A stretch of 64,000 bases of DNA from an uncultured Actinomycetes bacterium (GTDB lineage: Bacteria > Actinomycetota > UBA4738 > JBBDTT01). The stretch spans positions 448,001 through 512,000 of the forward strand of contig CAVUMN010000004.1 of assembly GCA_963742735.1 (NCBI GenBank). Direction: 5' to 3'. A model generated the notes under the pieces. The model had not been told where the DNA came from. It made no database searches and saw nothing but the letters and a program-made list of their open reading frames with translations. Made by a program: the position numbers and the translations under genes. Of this stretch, positions 1 to 10,303 are shown in pieces (within the stretch, counting starts at the first letter, position 1; every line of letters begins with the position of its first letter).

Positions 1-37
1 GCTGGTAGCGCTTGCGCTTGGACTTGGAGACCGGCAT
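1..37 (-). CDS. crgA: Cell division protein CrgA, N-terminal fragment (runs off window)
   Basis: Minus strand reads ATG CCG GTC TCC AAG TCC AAG CGC AAG (MPVSKSKRKRYQ), like the MPKSKxRK start of CrgA. Divergent from a class E sortase, as in the conserved actinobacterial crgA-srtE-trpG-pknB cluster. Confidence 0.65.
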   Translation of the reverse strand, partial: MPVSKSKRKRYQ

Positions 38-102
38 GACCGGCCAATCCTAGCGAACGATGGGCTGGGTACGACCGGCGGCCGGGGGGATACTTGGAGG
101 CC

Positions 103-750
103 ATGGCCGTACGGACCCGACCCCCGACCGCGCCCGCCGCCGCGCCGCCTCCGTCGCGGGGCCGGCGCGTGATGCGTGCCACGGGCAAGACCCTCATCAC
201 CGCAGGTGTGCTGGTGCTGCTCTTCGTGGCCTACGAGCTGTGGGGCACCGGGGTGATCACCCAGCGCGCCCAGGACGGGCTCCGGCAGGAGATCGACCGC
301 GACGGCCTGGCCCTGGCGCCGATCCCCGGGAAGGCCGTCGGGTTCATCGTGATCCCGAAGATCGGGCTGGACATGGTGTTCGTCCAGGGCACCGAGCGCG
401 AGGACCTCATGAAGGGGCCCGGGCACTACCCGGACACGCCGCTGCCGGGCAGGCCCGGGAACGTGGGCATCGCCGGGCATCGCACGACGTACTCGCAGCC
501 GTTCTGGGCCCTGAACGAGCTGCGGCCGGGCGACATCATCGAGCTCCGAACCCGGGCCGGAACGTTCCGATACGCGGTGCGGTGGCAGCGGGTGGTGAGC
601 CCCCAGGCCCTCTGGGTCGTGAACCCGACGAAGGTCCCCGCGCTGACCCTGACCACGTGCAATCCCCGGTTCTCCTCGCGGGAGCGGCTGGTGATCCGGG
701 CCCTCCAGATCTCGGGGCCGGGGACCCCGCACGGGGGGGGCGCGAGCTGA
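103..750 (+). CDS. Class E sortase
   Basis: N-terminal TM helix, GPGHYPDT, IAGHRTTY, LTLTTCNP and catalytic Arg (RERL). GGAGG RBS before ATG 103. Confidence 0.92.
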   Translation: MAVRTRPPTAPAAAPPPSRGRRVMRATGKTLITAGVLVLLFVAYELWGTGVITQRAQDGLRQEIDRDGLALAPIPGKAVGFIVIPKIGLDMVFVQGTEREDLMKGPGHYPDTPLPGRPGNVGIAGHRTTYSQPFWALNELRPGDIIELRTRAGTFRYAVRWQRVVSPQALWVVNPTKVPALTLTTCNPRFSSRERLVIRALQISGPGTPHGGGAS

Positions 751-896
751 TGTTCCGCCTCCTTCGCCGCCACCAACCGAAGGTGACCGCCCTCGCGGTC
801 CTGTACTGGGCGGGCCTCACCGTTGCGGCCCTCGCGATCCTGTTCGTGGTGTTCTTCTACGTCGACCGGTTCCTCCCCGGCGGAGGGATGTTCTGA
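750..896 (+). CDS. Small (48 aa) single-TM membrane protein
   Basis: ATG overlaps the sortase TGA. MFRLLRRHQPKVTALAVLYWAGLTVAALAILFVVFFYVDRFLPGGGMF. Confidence 0.65.
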   Translation: MFRLLRRHQPKVTALAVLYWAGLTVAALAILFVVFFYVDRFLPGGGMF

Positions 897-959
897 GCCG
901 AGCCCGCGTCGAGCTGCTCGCGATCCTGAGGAGGAGGCGTACCGGGAGACCGGCCCGGA

Positions 960-3302
960 TTAGTCCTCGGGCTCCAAGACGAGCGTCGACTCGGCGATGG
1001 CGTCCACGCCCGTTCGGCGGAGCGGCAGAGGATGGTGCTCGCCGGCCGACCACAGGGGGAGCAGGTCGGCGAAGTGGGGGCTGACCGGGTTCCCGGACTG
1101 GCCCACCGTGTGGGTGCCCACGCTGTCCTCGGGATCGGCCAGATCCATGATCTGGCGCCACGAGGGGATGACGGCCACGCCGTAGCCCGACTCGGGCTCG
1201 TACAGCGCCTGACAGACCGTGTCGTCGTCGCCCCCCATCTCCACGACGCCGGCCGTGAACAGCTCGGCCAGGTCGGGGATCATCGCCAGCCGTCCGGCGA
1301 ACGTCACGGTGTGCAGCTCGCCCCACCGCCACGTCGCGACGTCCTCGCCCAGCCGTTCGGTCAGCTCGTCCAGCGCCGCGTCGAGAGCTCGGCGAAGGAC
1401 CTCGTCCCGGGCCTGCCTGCCGTTGCCGCCCCACCACTTCGCCGTGGGGTGGGCCAGGATCTCCGGCAGGACCTGGTGGCGGAACGTGTTCGCCCACTGC
1501 CGCCGGCCGTAGTAGTGCGAGAACAGCTCGTCCCCGAGACTGTCGCGTAGGACGAGGTCGGCGATCTGTCCACACCATGCCTGGTAGATCGCCGCGGCCG
1601 CCGATCCGGTGGCCAGGTCGTGGTCCCACTCGGCGATCAGGGCGATGGCCTCCTTCTGCCGGTCGCCGGCAGGCTCGACCTCGGCCAGGTGCGGGGCGGT
1701 CTCCCGCGCCGTCGGCGACACCGTGTCCATGAGGATCCGGGCGAAGCTCTCGGGCGTGTGCCGGTCGGTCTCCGTCAGGAGCTCCGCGATCCGGGTCACG
1801 CGGCCCGGGGGCATCCAGTCCCGGGTGATCACGTGCGGGTAGGACAGGTCGTGCACGCGGTTGTTCGCGGTGGCCAGGAACCCCTCCGGCGGGTTGAAGG
1901 CCCACGGGAGCTCCTCGAACGGCACCCACCCGTCCCAGCCGAACTCGCTGGTCCAACCGGGGACGGGGAACGAACCGTCGCCCTTCCGGCGCATCGGATA
2001 GGTCCCGGTGAGCTGGTAGCCGATGTTGCCGTCGACGTCGGCGTAGACCATGTTCTGGCCGGGACACTCCCAGCCTCGGAGTGACGCGCGGAACTCCTCG
2101 AAGTCCCGCGCCCGGTTGATCCCGAGCACGGACTCGACCGACGTGCCGCGCTCCGCCCCCACCCACTGCAGCGCGTAGGTCTCCCGAAGGGGCACCACGG
2201 TCTGCTCGGCGATCCCCACCATGTACGAGTCGAGGATGGGGCCGTGGCGGGTCTCCGGCACCAGCAGGACCTCCGGCTCGGGGCGGCCGCGGATCCCGAT
2301 CTCCTCGCGGTGGACCGTCACGGGCTCCCAGGCGTCGTCGTACCGGGCCGCGGTGCCGTCGTCGTTGAGCCGCTCCAGGTACAGGTCCATCACGTCGCCC
2401 TCGACGTTCGTGAACCCCCAGGCGATCCGCTCGTTGTGCCCGATCACCACGCCCGGCGCGAAGGGCAGGGCCACCCCTGAGGCGTTCAGGGTCGGACACG
2501 ACAGGTGGACCTCGTACCAGATCGAGGGCAGCTGCACGAGCAGGTGGGGGTCGTTGGCCAGCAGGGGCTTCCCGCTCACCGTCCGGGTGCCGTCGACCAC
2601 CCAGTTGTTCGACCCCCCTCCGGGAAACTGGGGGGCCCGGCTCAGGTACTCCAGCGGCGAGTGCCCCCAGCGCTTCCCGGCCTGGACGGCGCCGGGGTTC
2701 GGTGGGATATCGGGAAACAGGTCCAGAACGGCGCCCGGGCCCAACTGCTCCGCGATCTGCGCCCGTACCAGCTCGATGTCCCAGTTCCGCGACAGCGTGT
2801 AGGACAGCAGCACCTGCGCTCCGCCGCCGAGGACGAGCATCTCCTCGACCGACTCGGCGCGAAGGGGCTCCAGCGCCATCACCACGTACTCGGGCGGGAA
2901 CGCCGTCATGCGTTCGCGCCACGCCATCTGGCCCCGGGCGAAGGGCTCCAGCGCGTCCAGCTCCGCCGGGGTCCGGGCCGCGGTGAGGGCGGCGGCGGCC
3001 CGGCCCCACCCCACGGTGCGGGTGAACCGGTCCAGGTGCAGGGTGAGGTCGCCGAAGGCCTCGGACAGCCGGCCGGTACCCACCCGGCACATGAACTCGA
3101 TCTGGAACGTGCGGTCGGAGGCCATCACGAAGCCCTGGGCCAGGAACAGGTCGTGCTCGTCCTGCGCGTAGATGTGGGGCACGCCCCACCGGTCCCGGAC
3201 GACCTCGACCCGCCCGTGCAGCCCGGCGAGCCTCAGCTCGCCCTCCACCGGGGGCAGCGCGGCCAGCGCCGCCATCCGAAGGGCATCCGCCATCTCGCTC
3301 AT
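960..3302 (-). CDS. Penicillin acylase family (Ntn-hydrolase, S45) protein
   Basis: DRWGVPHIYA, beta-subunit nucleophile GSNNWVV, LLANDPHL, TRHGP, GQSGNP.SPHF. Start placed at MSEMADAL; no signal peptide. Confidence 0.93.
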   Translation of the reverse strand: MSEMADALRMAALAALPPVEGELRLAGLHGRVEVVRDRWGVPHIYAQDEHDLFLAQGFVMASDRTFQIEFMCRVGTGRLSEAFGDLTLHLDRFTRTVGWGRAAAALTAARTPAELDALEPFARGQMAWRERMTAFPPEYVVMALEPLRAESVEEMLVLGGGAQVLLSYTLSRNWDIELVRAQIAEQLGPGAVLDLFPDIPPNPGAVQAGKRWGHSPLEYLSRAPQFPGGGSNNWVVDGTRTVSGKPLLANDPHLLVQLPSIWYEVHLSCPTLNASGVALPFAPGVVIGHNERIAWGFTNVEGDVMDLYLERLNDDGTAARYDDAWEPVTVHREEIGIRGRPEPEVLLVPETRHGPILDSYMVGIAEQTVVPLRETYALQWVGAERGTSVESVLGINRARDFEEFRASLRGWECPGQNMVYADVDGNIGYQLTGTYPMRRKGDGSFPVPGWTSEFGWDGWVPFEELPWAFNPPEGFLATANNRVHDLSYPHVITRDWMPPGRVTRIAELLTETDRHTPESFARILMDTVSPTARETAPHLAEVEPAGDRQKEAIALIAEWDHDLATGSAAAAIYQAWCGQIADLVLRDSLGDELFSHYYGRRQWANTFRHQVLPEILAHPTAKWWGGNGRQARDEVLRRALDAALDELTERLGEDVATWRWGELHTVTFAGRLAMIPDLAELFTAGVVEMGGDDDTVCQALYEPESGYGVAVIPSWRQIMDLADPEDSVGTHTVGQSGNPVSPHFADLLPLWSAGEHHPLPLRRTGVDAIAESTLVLEPED

Positions 3303-3387
3303 GTGGGGCTGAACGCTAGGCCAAACGCGGTTTGAGCGCGCGCGCGGCGGCGGGGGAGAATCGGCGGTCACCAGCCCGCACCGTGTC

Positions 3388-5136
3388 GTGAAGGAGACCG
3401 AGATGGACCACCGGCCCTGGTTCGCCAGCTACCCCCCCGACGTCCCGAAGACCCTGGCCCCGTACCCGGAGAAGTCCCTCTACTCCATCCTGGAGGACTC
3501 GGCCCGGCGGTTCCCCGAGCGGCCCGCAATCGCCTGGTTCGGCAGGCACATGTCCTACAAGGAGCTCCTCTCGGAGGTCGAGCGGTTCTCCGCGGTCCTG
3601 GCGGCCCTCGGCGTCAAGAAGGGCGACCGGGTGGGTCTGCTCCTGCCGAACTGTCCGCAGTACGTGATCGGCTACTACGCCACCGTGCGCCTGGGCGCGG
3701 TCATCGTGGGCAACAACCCGCTGTACACCGAGCGCGAGCTGACCCACCAGCTGACCGACGCGGGCATCGAGGTCCTGGTCACCCTCGACCAGCTGTACGA
3801 CAAGGTCGCCGCGGTCCGGGAGCAGGTCGGCCTCAAGGAGGTCATCGCCACCGGCCTCGAGGACTACATGTCGTTCCCGAAGAACGTCCTCGCCCCCCTG
3901 CTGGTGTTCAAGAAGGCCGCCAAGAAGGAGGGCCGCGCGTGGCCGCCGGTGCCGAAGGACGCGCCGGTGAAGTGGTGGAAGGACCTGATGAAGGCGGCCG
4001 GCACCCCGCCACCGGTGGCCCAGGTCGACGCGAGGCACGACCTGGCCGGACTGATCTACACGGGCGGCACGACCGGGCTGTCCAAGGGCGCCATGCTCTC
4101 GCACCACAACCTGGTCTCCAACGCGATGCAGGGCGCGTCGTGGTTCGCCGACCTGAAGGACGGCGAGGAGGCGGTGATGTGCGTCCTGCCGTTCTTCCAC
4201 TCCTACGGGATGACGGTGTGCATGAACATCGGGCTCATCAAGGCCGGCAAGCTGGTCCTGCTGCCTCGTTTCGAGCTGGACCTGACGCTGAAGGAGATCC
4301 AGAAGGAGAAGCCCACGCTCTTCCCGGGGGTGCCGCGGATCTACATCGCGATCAACGAGTCGCCGGAGTCGAAGAAGTACGACCTGTCCTCGATCCGCGC
4401 GTGCCTGTCCGGGGCGGCGCCCCTGCCGATCGCCGTGGCCCAGAAGTTCGAGGAGGTGACCGGGGCCAAGGTGGTCGAGGGCTACGGCCTGACCGAGACC
4501 AGCCCGATCACCCACGCGCAGCCGATCTACGGCAAGCGCAAGGAAGGGTCGATCGGTCTCCCCGTCCCGGACACCGACGTCAAGATCTGCGACATCGACG
4601 ACCCCGACAAGGAGATGGCGCTCGGGGAGCAGGGCGAGATCGCGCTGTCCGGTCCTCAGATCATGATGGGCTACTTCAACAAGCCCGAGGAGACCGCGGA
4701 CATGATCCGCACCGACGCCGAGGGCGTCCGGTGGCTGTACACGGGCGACATCGCCAAGATCGACGAGGAGGGCTACGCCTACATCGTCGACCGCAAGAAG
4801 GACATGATCATCGTGTCCGGGTTCAACGTGTACCCCACGGACGTGGAGCAGGTGCTGTACCAGCACCCGAAGATCGAGAAGGTCGCGGTGGCCGGCGTGC
4901 CGGACGCGAAGACCGGTGAGGCCGTCAAGGCCTACATCATCCTGAAGGCGGGGATGCAGGCCACGGCCGAGGAGATCATCGCCTGGTGCAAGGACGAGAA
5001 GACGGGGCTCACCGGATATCGGGTCCCCAAGCTCGTCGAGTTTCGCGACTCGCTTCCCGAGACGATGGTCGGCAAGATCCTGCGCCGCGTGCTCGTCGAG
5101 GAGGAGAAGCAGAAGGCCGCCGCCGCCGGCGGGTAG
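3388..5136 (+). CDS. fadD: Long-chain fatty acid-CoA ligase
   Basis: AMP-binding motifs YTGGTTGLSKG, EGYGLTE, LYTGDI, DRKKDMII, VGKILRR. Confidence 0.93.
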   Translation: MKETEMDHRPWFASYPPDVPKTLAPYPEKSLYSILEDSARRFPERPAIAWFGRHMSYKELLSEVERFSAVLAALGVKKGDRVGLLLPNCPQYVIGYYATVRLGAVIVGNNPLYTERELTHQLTDAGIEVLVTLDQLYDKVAAVREQVGLKEVIATGLEDYMSFPKNVLAPLLVFKKAAKKEGRAWPPVPKDAPVKWWKDLMKAAGTPPPVAQVDARHDLAGLIYTGGTTGLSKGAMLSHHNLVSNAMQGASWFADLKDGEEAVMCVLPFFHSYGMTVCMNIGLIKAGKLVLLPRFELDLTLKEIQKEKPTLFPGVPRIYIAINESPESKKYDLSSIRACLSGAAPLPIAVAQKFEEVTGAKVVEGYGLTETSPITHAQPIYGKRKEGSIGLPVPDTDVKICDIDDPDKEMALGEQGEIALSGPQIMMGYFNKPEETADMIRTDAEGVRWLYTGDIAKIDEEGYAYIVDRKKDMIIVSGFNVYPTDVEQVLYQHPKIEKVAVAGVPDAKTGEAVKAYIILKAGMQATAEEIIAWCKDEKTGLTGYRVPKLVEFRDSLPETMVGKILRRVLVEEEKQKAAAAGG

Positions 5137-5165
5137 GGGCTGGCTAGGTGGCGCCGCCAGGCCCG

Positions 5166-5171
5166 TACACT
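5166..5171 (+). promoter_or_regulatory. Putative -10 element (TACACT), leaderless start
   Basis: TACACT lies 7 nt before ATG 5179 with no SD. The same GCCCGTACACTCG context precedes ask. Confidence 0.55.
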
Positions 5172-5178
5172 CGCGTCC

Positions 5179-5763
<585 letters not shown>

Positions 5764-5775
5764 GCCGCGCGCTGC

Positions 5776-6576
5776 CTAGGCCGAGGGCTGTGCCTGCTGG
5801 GGCTCCGGCGCCTCGGAGATCGCCCGGCGGAGCTCCGAGAGCTGCACCCCGATCGCGTCCCGCACGTCCTCGACCCGGCGGCTGAGGCGGCTGGCGGTCT
5901 CGCGGCCGGTGCGCTCGGCGAGCGCGGCCAGGGCCTGATGAGCCTGCTCGAGGGCCGCGAGCCGGGTCTCCAGGGCGCCCACGCGACGATCGTCCGACAG
6001 CAGCGACTCCTGCGTCGGCCCGTCGAGCTTGCCGAGGCGGCCGTCGAGCTCGTCGAGCCGGTCCTGGAACGCTGACAGCCGCGCGTCGCGGGCGGCGATC
6101 TGCGTCCCGAGGCCGTCGCGAACGTCGGCGAGGTCCTCGGTGAGCTCGCGGCGGAGGTCCTCGGTCGCCCGGGCCGAGGGGTCGTGGGCGATGCGGGCGG
6201 CGGCCCGCTCGGCCTTCTCGTCGACGCGGCGGATCCGCTCGTCCAGGTCGTCGAGCCGCTCCGGGAGCATTTCCATCGCGGCCTGGACCTGACGGAGCGC
6301 GCGGAGCAGCTCGTCGACGCGGGCGGCGACGGTCCCCTCCAACGCGGCCTGCCGGGACTCGAGCTCCCGGCGCAGGTCCTGCAGCTCGGGCGCCGCGGGA
6401 GGCGGCTCTCGGAGTGGACGCGGCGCGCGTGTGGTGCGGACGGGGGCGGACACGACCACCTCACCTCGCTCGAGCCGGGCGATGCGGTCGGCCAGGTAGC
6501 CGACCCGGCGCGCGAGGCGGTTGCCGAGCTCCTTGACGTGTCCGGCCAAGAGCTCCTCGAGGGTCTCGAGGTCCAT
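5776..6576 (-). CDS. Coiled-coil hypothetical protein (266 aa)
   Basis: E/L/R/A-rich heptad-like sequence with high-GC codon usage. Co-oriented directly downstream of the 1210-aa coiled-coil gene. Confidence 0.75.
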   Translation of the reverse strand: MDLETLEELLAGHVKELGNRLARRVGYLADRIARLERGEVVVSAPVRTTRAPRPLREPPPAAPELQDLRRELESRQAALEGTVAARVDELLRALRQVQAAMEMLPERLDDLDERIRRVDEKAERAAARIAHDPSARATEDLRRELTEDLADVRDGLGTQIAARDARLSAFQDRLDELDGRLGKLDGPTQESLLSDDRRVGALETRLAALEQAHQALAALAERTGRETASRLSRRVEDVRDAIGVQLSELRRAISEAPEPQQAQPSA

Positions 6577-6606
6577 GGGGAGGGGATCGGGCGAGGGGTC
6601 CGAGGC

Positions 6607-9600
6607 TCAGTCCTCCTCGCGACGCCCCCGGCGCTTGGCGCCGGGCGTCTTGCGCTCCGTCTCGATCATCCCGGCAAGGCGCTCCTCGAGCAGGTCGGCC
6701 CAGCGCTCCTCCAGGAGCGCGAGGCGCCGCGTGACGTCGTCGCGGCTCTCGCTGGTCTCCTGGTCGACCGCCTTCTCCAGCGAGGTGAGCCGGGCGTGGA
6801 TCTCCTTCTCGACGGCGAGCAGGCGGGGCAGGACCGGGTCCTCCGTGTCGGGCTCGGGCATGCCCTTCTTGCGCGCCACGCGCGAGGCCGCCTTCGCCAC
6901 GGTCGCAGTCCGCTCGCCCATGACGTCCAGCGACTTCATCAGCGAGGCGTGGGCGTCGTTCAGGGCCGCGACCTCCTGTGCCGCGGAGCGCCGCTGGTCG
7001 TCGAGCTCGGCGACCGCACCGGCGAGCACCTCCAGCCGGCGACGGACGTTCGCCTCGGACGCACGGACCTGCTTCGAGAGGCGGTCGCCGAGCGCGGCGA
7101 ACCGGTCGGCCAGCCCGCGCTCCGCGGCGTCGAGCCGCTCCCGCAGCTCCAGCTCGCTGACGCGCTCGCTCGTGGTCTCCTCCTGGATGCGCCGAACCGC
7201 CTCAGCGAGGGCGATCCGGAAGTCGGACAGCTGCTCCTGGACCTCCTGCTCGATGTGGATCTGGCGTGTGTCGAGTCGGTCGCCGAACTCCCGCTCCACG
7301 CGCTGGAGCGTCCCGGACACGTCGAGGTTGATCCGCTCCATCTCCTCCACGCGCTCCTTCAGGCCCCGCGTCGCGTTGTCCACCAGATCCCGTGCCGCGG
7401 AGGTCGCCCGGTCGTCGGCGCTGTCGAGGTTGGCGCGAACCTCGCCGACCAGCCCCGGGAGGCTGGCCTCGATCCGGCCGAGGCGCTCGGTCATCGCGCG
7501 GCTGACCGCGGCGACCCGCTCGCCCAGCGCTCCCTCGAGCTCGGCGGCGCGCTCGCGCCACTGCCCCGGGTCCTCGAGGCCGGCGCGGACCTCTGCGGTG
7601 AGTGCGTCCACGCGGGAGGCGAGGCCCTCCGTTTCGGACGCGAGGCGCGAGACCAGCTCGCGATTCATCCCCTCGAGGGAGGCGGCGCTCTGGGCGCCGA
7701 CGGCCTCCGCTCGCGACAGCGCCTCGGCGCGGACGGACTCCACGGCGGACTCGGCCCGGCGGGCGGCGGCCTCCGCGGCGTCCAGCACCTCGGCCCGGGT
7801 GCGCTGCACGGTCTCGGTGAGGGCCGCGCCGGTGGAGAGCGTCTGGCCGACCGCGTCGGCCAGACGGTCGCGAAGCGCAGCCAGGCGGGCCTCCACCGTG
7901 CCCAGGACCTCCTCGCGCTGCGCCGTCAGCGCGGACAGGACCTCCTCGCGGCCGGCCTGCTGGACCTGCTCGAGCCGGGCGAGCCCGGCGGCGAGATCGC
8001 CACGGGCCCCGGCCTCGAACTGCTGCTGCTGCTGGATGTCGGCGCGCAAGGACTCGAGCCACGAGATGACTTCGTTCCGTCCCTCCTTCGCGCGCTCGTC
8101 GCTGGTCCTGGCCAGCTCCTCCATGGACCGGGCCAGGGCCTGCTCCGCGGCCTCGTGGCGGACGGAGGCCTCCTCGGCCGCCGCGGCCCGAGCCTCCAGC
8201 CGCTCGTCGGTGTCGCGGAGCCAGTCGGAGAGGCCGTCGGCGACCAGGCTCATACGCTCGGCCACCTCGGTCTCGCTCCGGGCCCGCTCGGTCAGGCCGG
8301 CCTGGAGCTCGCGGACCCGCTCGTCGAGGATCGCCTCGAGGGACTCCAGCCGTCCGGCCAGCGAGGACTGCACCACCTCGGACTGCAGCTCCAGCGCCGC
8401 GCGCAGACCCTCGGAGCGGTCGTCGAGGAGCTCGGAGATCTCGCGGGCGCGGCCGGTCAGCGCGTCGAGGCGGCCCTCCAGCGACTCGGTGTTCTCGTCC
8501 ACACGGACCGTGAGCTCCCGGCGGACGTTCGACACGGCGTTCTCCAGGGCGAGGCGCATCTGCTCGGCGATCTCCATCAGTCGAGCGTCGTTCGTCTGAG
8601 TGCGCTCGTTCGAGGCGGCCTCGAGCGCCGCGGTGCGCTCCTCGAGCTGCAGGCGCAGGTCGCGGATGGCGTGCTCCAGCGCGCCCTCGCCGCGGGTAAC
8701 CCGCTCGTCGATCTTCGAGGCCAGATCGGCCGTCCGTTCGGCGTCGATCGTCGCGCCCTCGCGGGCCGCGCGGGCCAGGTCCTCGATCTGCGCGACCCGC
8801 TCGGCCACGCGGACCTCCGCCTCGGAGACGGCCCGGGCCAGGCGGGCCTCGAGGGCCTCCTCCTCGCCACGACGGGACTCCAGGCGGGCCAGGATCTCGT
8901 CGCGGAGCGTCTCCGTGCTCACCCGCTGGGTCTCCAGGATGCCGACCAGCTCCTCGCGCAGGGCCTCCTCGTCGGCGCGGCGCGCCTCCAGCGCCGCGGC
9001 GGTCTCCCGGCGCTGGGCATCCACGGCGGCAGCGGACTCCTCGCGCTGGCTCTCGAGGCCGGACGCGATCTCCGCACGGAGGCGCTCGAGCTTGCCCTCC
9101 ATGCCCTGGTCGAGGGCGTGCTGCACGGCCTGGCGGAGCTCCTCGGTCCTCGCGTCGAAGGCCGCCTTCGCCGCCTCCGCCCGCTCGGCGACCGATTCGG
9201 TGACCTGGGTCAGGCGCTCGTCGGCTTCCTGGCGGACCTCCGCGAGCTCGGCGAGGACGCCCTCGACCCGGCCGGCCACACTCTCCGCGTAGGACTGGAG
9301 GGAGGTGGCGCGGTCCTCCAGGCTCTGCACCAGGGCGTCTCCGCGCTGCCGCTCCTCGATCTCCCGGGCCTCGAGCCGCTCGGCGATCGCGCCGATCCGT
9401 TCCTGCCACGTCCCACGGAGTTCGTTCAGGAAGCCGGTGACCTCCTGGCGCAGAGCCTTCGCCCCCTCCTCGATCCGTGACTGGACGGCGTCGGGGCCGG
9501 AGTCGCGCTGGAGCTCCTCGATGCGCTGCTGGAGGGCGGCGAGCCCCTCGGTGACGGAGGTGGCGGCGGCCTCGGCCGCTCCGGCGCGCTCGGCCATCGT

Positions 9601-10239
9601 GGTGGCCACCTGCGCCAGGCGCTGGTCCAGGCTGACGTCGAAACCGGCGAATCGCTGGTTCATGAGGGCCTCGGCCTGGGCCATCCGCTCGTCGATCGAC
9701 CGGCGCACCTCGCCCGTCTGTTGCTGGAGGGCGGCCAGGGCCTCGGCGGCCCCTTCCTCCGCCTGCTGGCCCGACGCCTCGGTCTGCTCGCTCATGGCCC
9801 GCCACAGGCCCTCGAGTTGCTGGCCGCTGCCGGCCAGGCCCTTCTCGAGCTCCGCCAGCCGGCGGGAGAGCGTCCCGAGGGCGGCGCCGTCGACCGAGCC
9901 GCCCTCGCCGGGGGACTCGGCCAGCCGTGCCTCGATCTCGCCCAGCCGCACGGCCAGGGTGGACTCCAGATCGCCGGTGCGCTTTCGGGCGGCGTCGCGA
10001 AGGTCGGAGAGGTCGCGGGCGAGCCGGCGGAGGCCCTCGGTCAGGCGCGCGATCTCGCGGGCGGACTGGCCGGGTCCGCCCTCACGGCCGGGAACGGCCG
10101 CGCGCAGCGGGTCCCTGCCGCGGTAGCCGCCGGCCGCCTCGGGGTCGGCGGAGAACAGCTCTTTCCAGCTCTCCGGGTCGCCCACGGGGCCACGCACGGG
10201 AAGCGGGGACTGGTCGTCTGGTTCGCGAGGTTCGGCCAC
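6607..10239 (-). CDS. Very large alpha-helical/coiled-coil protein (1210 aa), no catalytic motif
   Basis: Almost entirely A/E/R/L helical sequence. No Walker A motif and no TM segment. Low-complexity N-terminal head. Confidence 0.82.
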   Translation of the reverse strand: MAEPREPDDQSPLPVRGPVGDPESWKELFSADPEAAGGYRGRDPLRAAVPGREGGPGQSAREIARLTEGLRRLARDLSDLRDAARKRTGDLESTLAVRLGEIEARLAESPGEGGSVDGAALGTLSRRLAELEKGLAGSGQQLEGLWRAMSEQTEASGQQAEEGAAEALAALQQQTGEVRRSIDERMAQAEALMNQRFAGFDVSLDQRLAQVATTMAERAGAAEAAATSVTEGLAALQQRIEELQRDSGPDAVQSRIEEGAKALRQEVTGFLNELRGTWQERIGAIAERLEAREIEERQRGDALVQSLEDRATSLQSYAESVAGRVEGVLAELAEVRQEADERLTQVTESVAERAEAAKAAFDARTEELRQAVQHALDQGMEGKLERLRAEIASGLESQREESAAAVDAQRRETAAALEARRADEEALREELVGILETQRVSTETLRDEILARLESRRGEEEALEARLARAVSEAEVRVAERVAQIEDLARAAREGATIDAERTADLASKIDERVTRGEGALEHAIRDLRLQLEERTAALEAASNERTQTNDARLMEIAEQMRLALENAVSNVRRELTVRVDENTESLEGRLDALTGRAREISELLDDRSEGLRAALELQSEVVQSSLAGRLESLEAILDERVRELQAGLTERARSETEVAERMSLVADGLSDWLRDTDERLEARAAAAEEASVRHEAAEQALARSMEELARTSDERAKEGRNEVISWLESLRADIQQQQQFEAGARGDLAAGLARLEQVQQAGREEVLSALTAQREEVLGTVEARLAALRDRLADAVGQTLSTGAALTETVQRTRAEVLDAAEAAARRAESAVESVRAEALSRAEAVGAQSAASLEGMNRELVSRLASETEGLASRVDALTAEVRAGLEDPGQWRERAAELEGALGERVAAVSRAMTERLGRIEASLPGLVGEVRANLDSADDRATSAARDLVDNATRGLKERVEEMERINLDVSGTLQRVEREFGDRLDTRQIHIEQEVQEQLSDFRIALAEAVRRIQEETTSERVSELELRERLDAAERGLADRFAALGDRLSKQVRASEANVRRRLEVLAGAVAELDDQRRSAAQEVAALNDAHASLMKSLDVMGERTATVAKAASRVARKKGMPEPDTEDPVLPRLLAVEKEIHARLTSLEKAVDQETSESRDDVTRRLALLEERWADLLEERLAGMIETERKTPGAKRRGRREED

Positions 10240-10303
10240 AGTCAGGGGAAGTACAGAAGCTGGGCGGCTAGTCTAGACAGGTCGGGCCTGCGTGGTCGAA
10301 CAA

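Noticed and set aside
6184-9480. 1098-aa plus-strand ORF, and similar long ORFs at 817-3189, 3316-5688, 7202-9805 and 44544-47726
   Set aside because: Antisense or off-frame shadows of real genes, expected in high-GC DNA; no motifs. Only the tadA-adjacent region is real, and it is in another frame.
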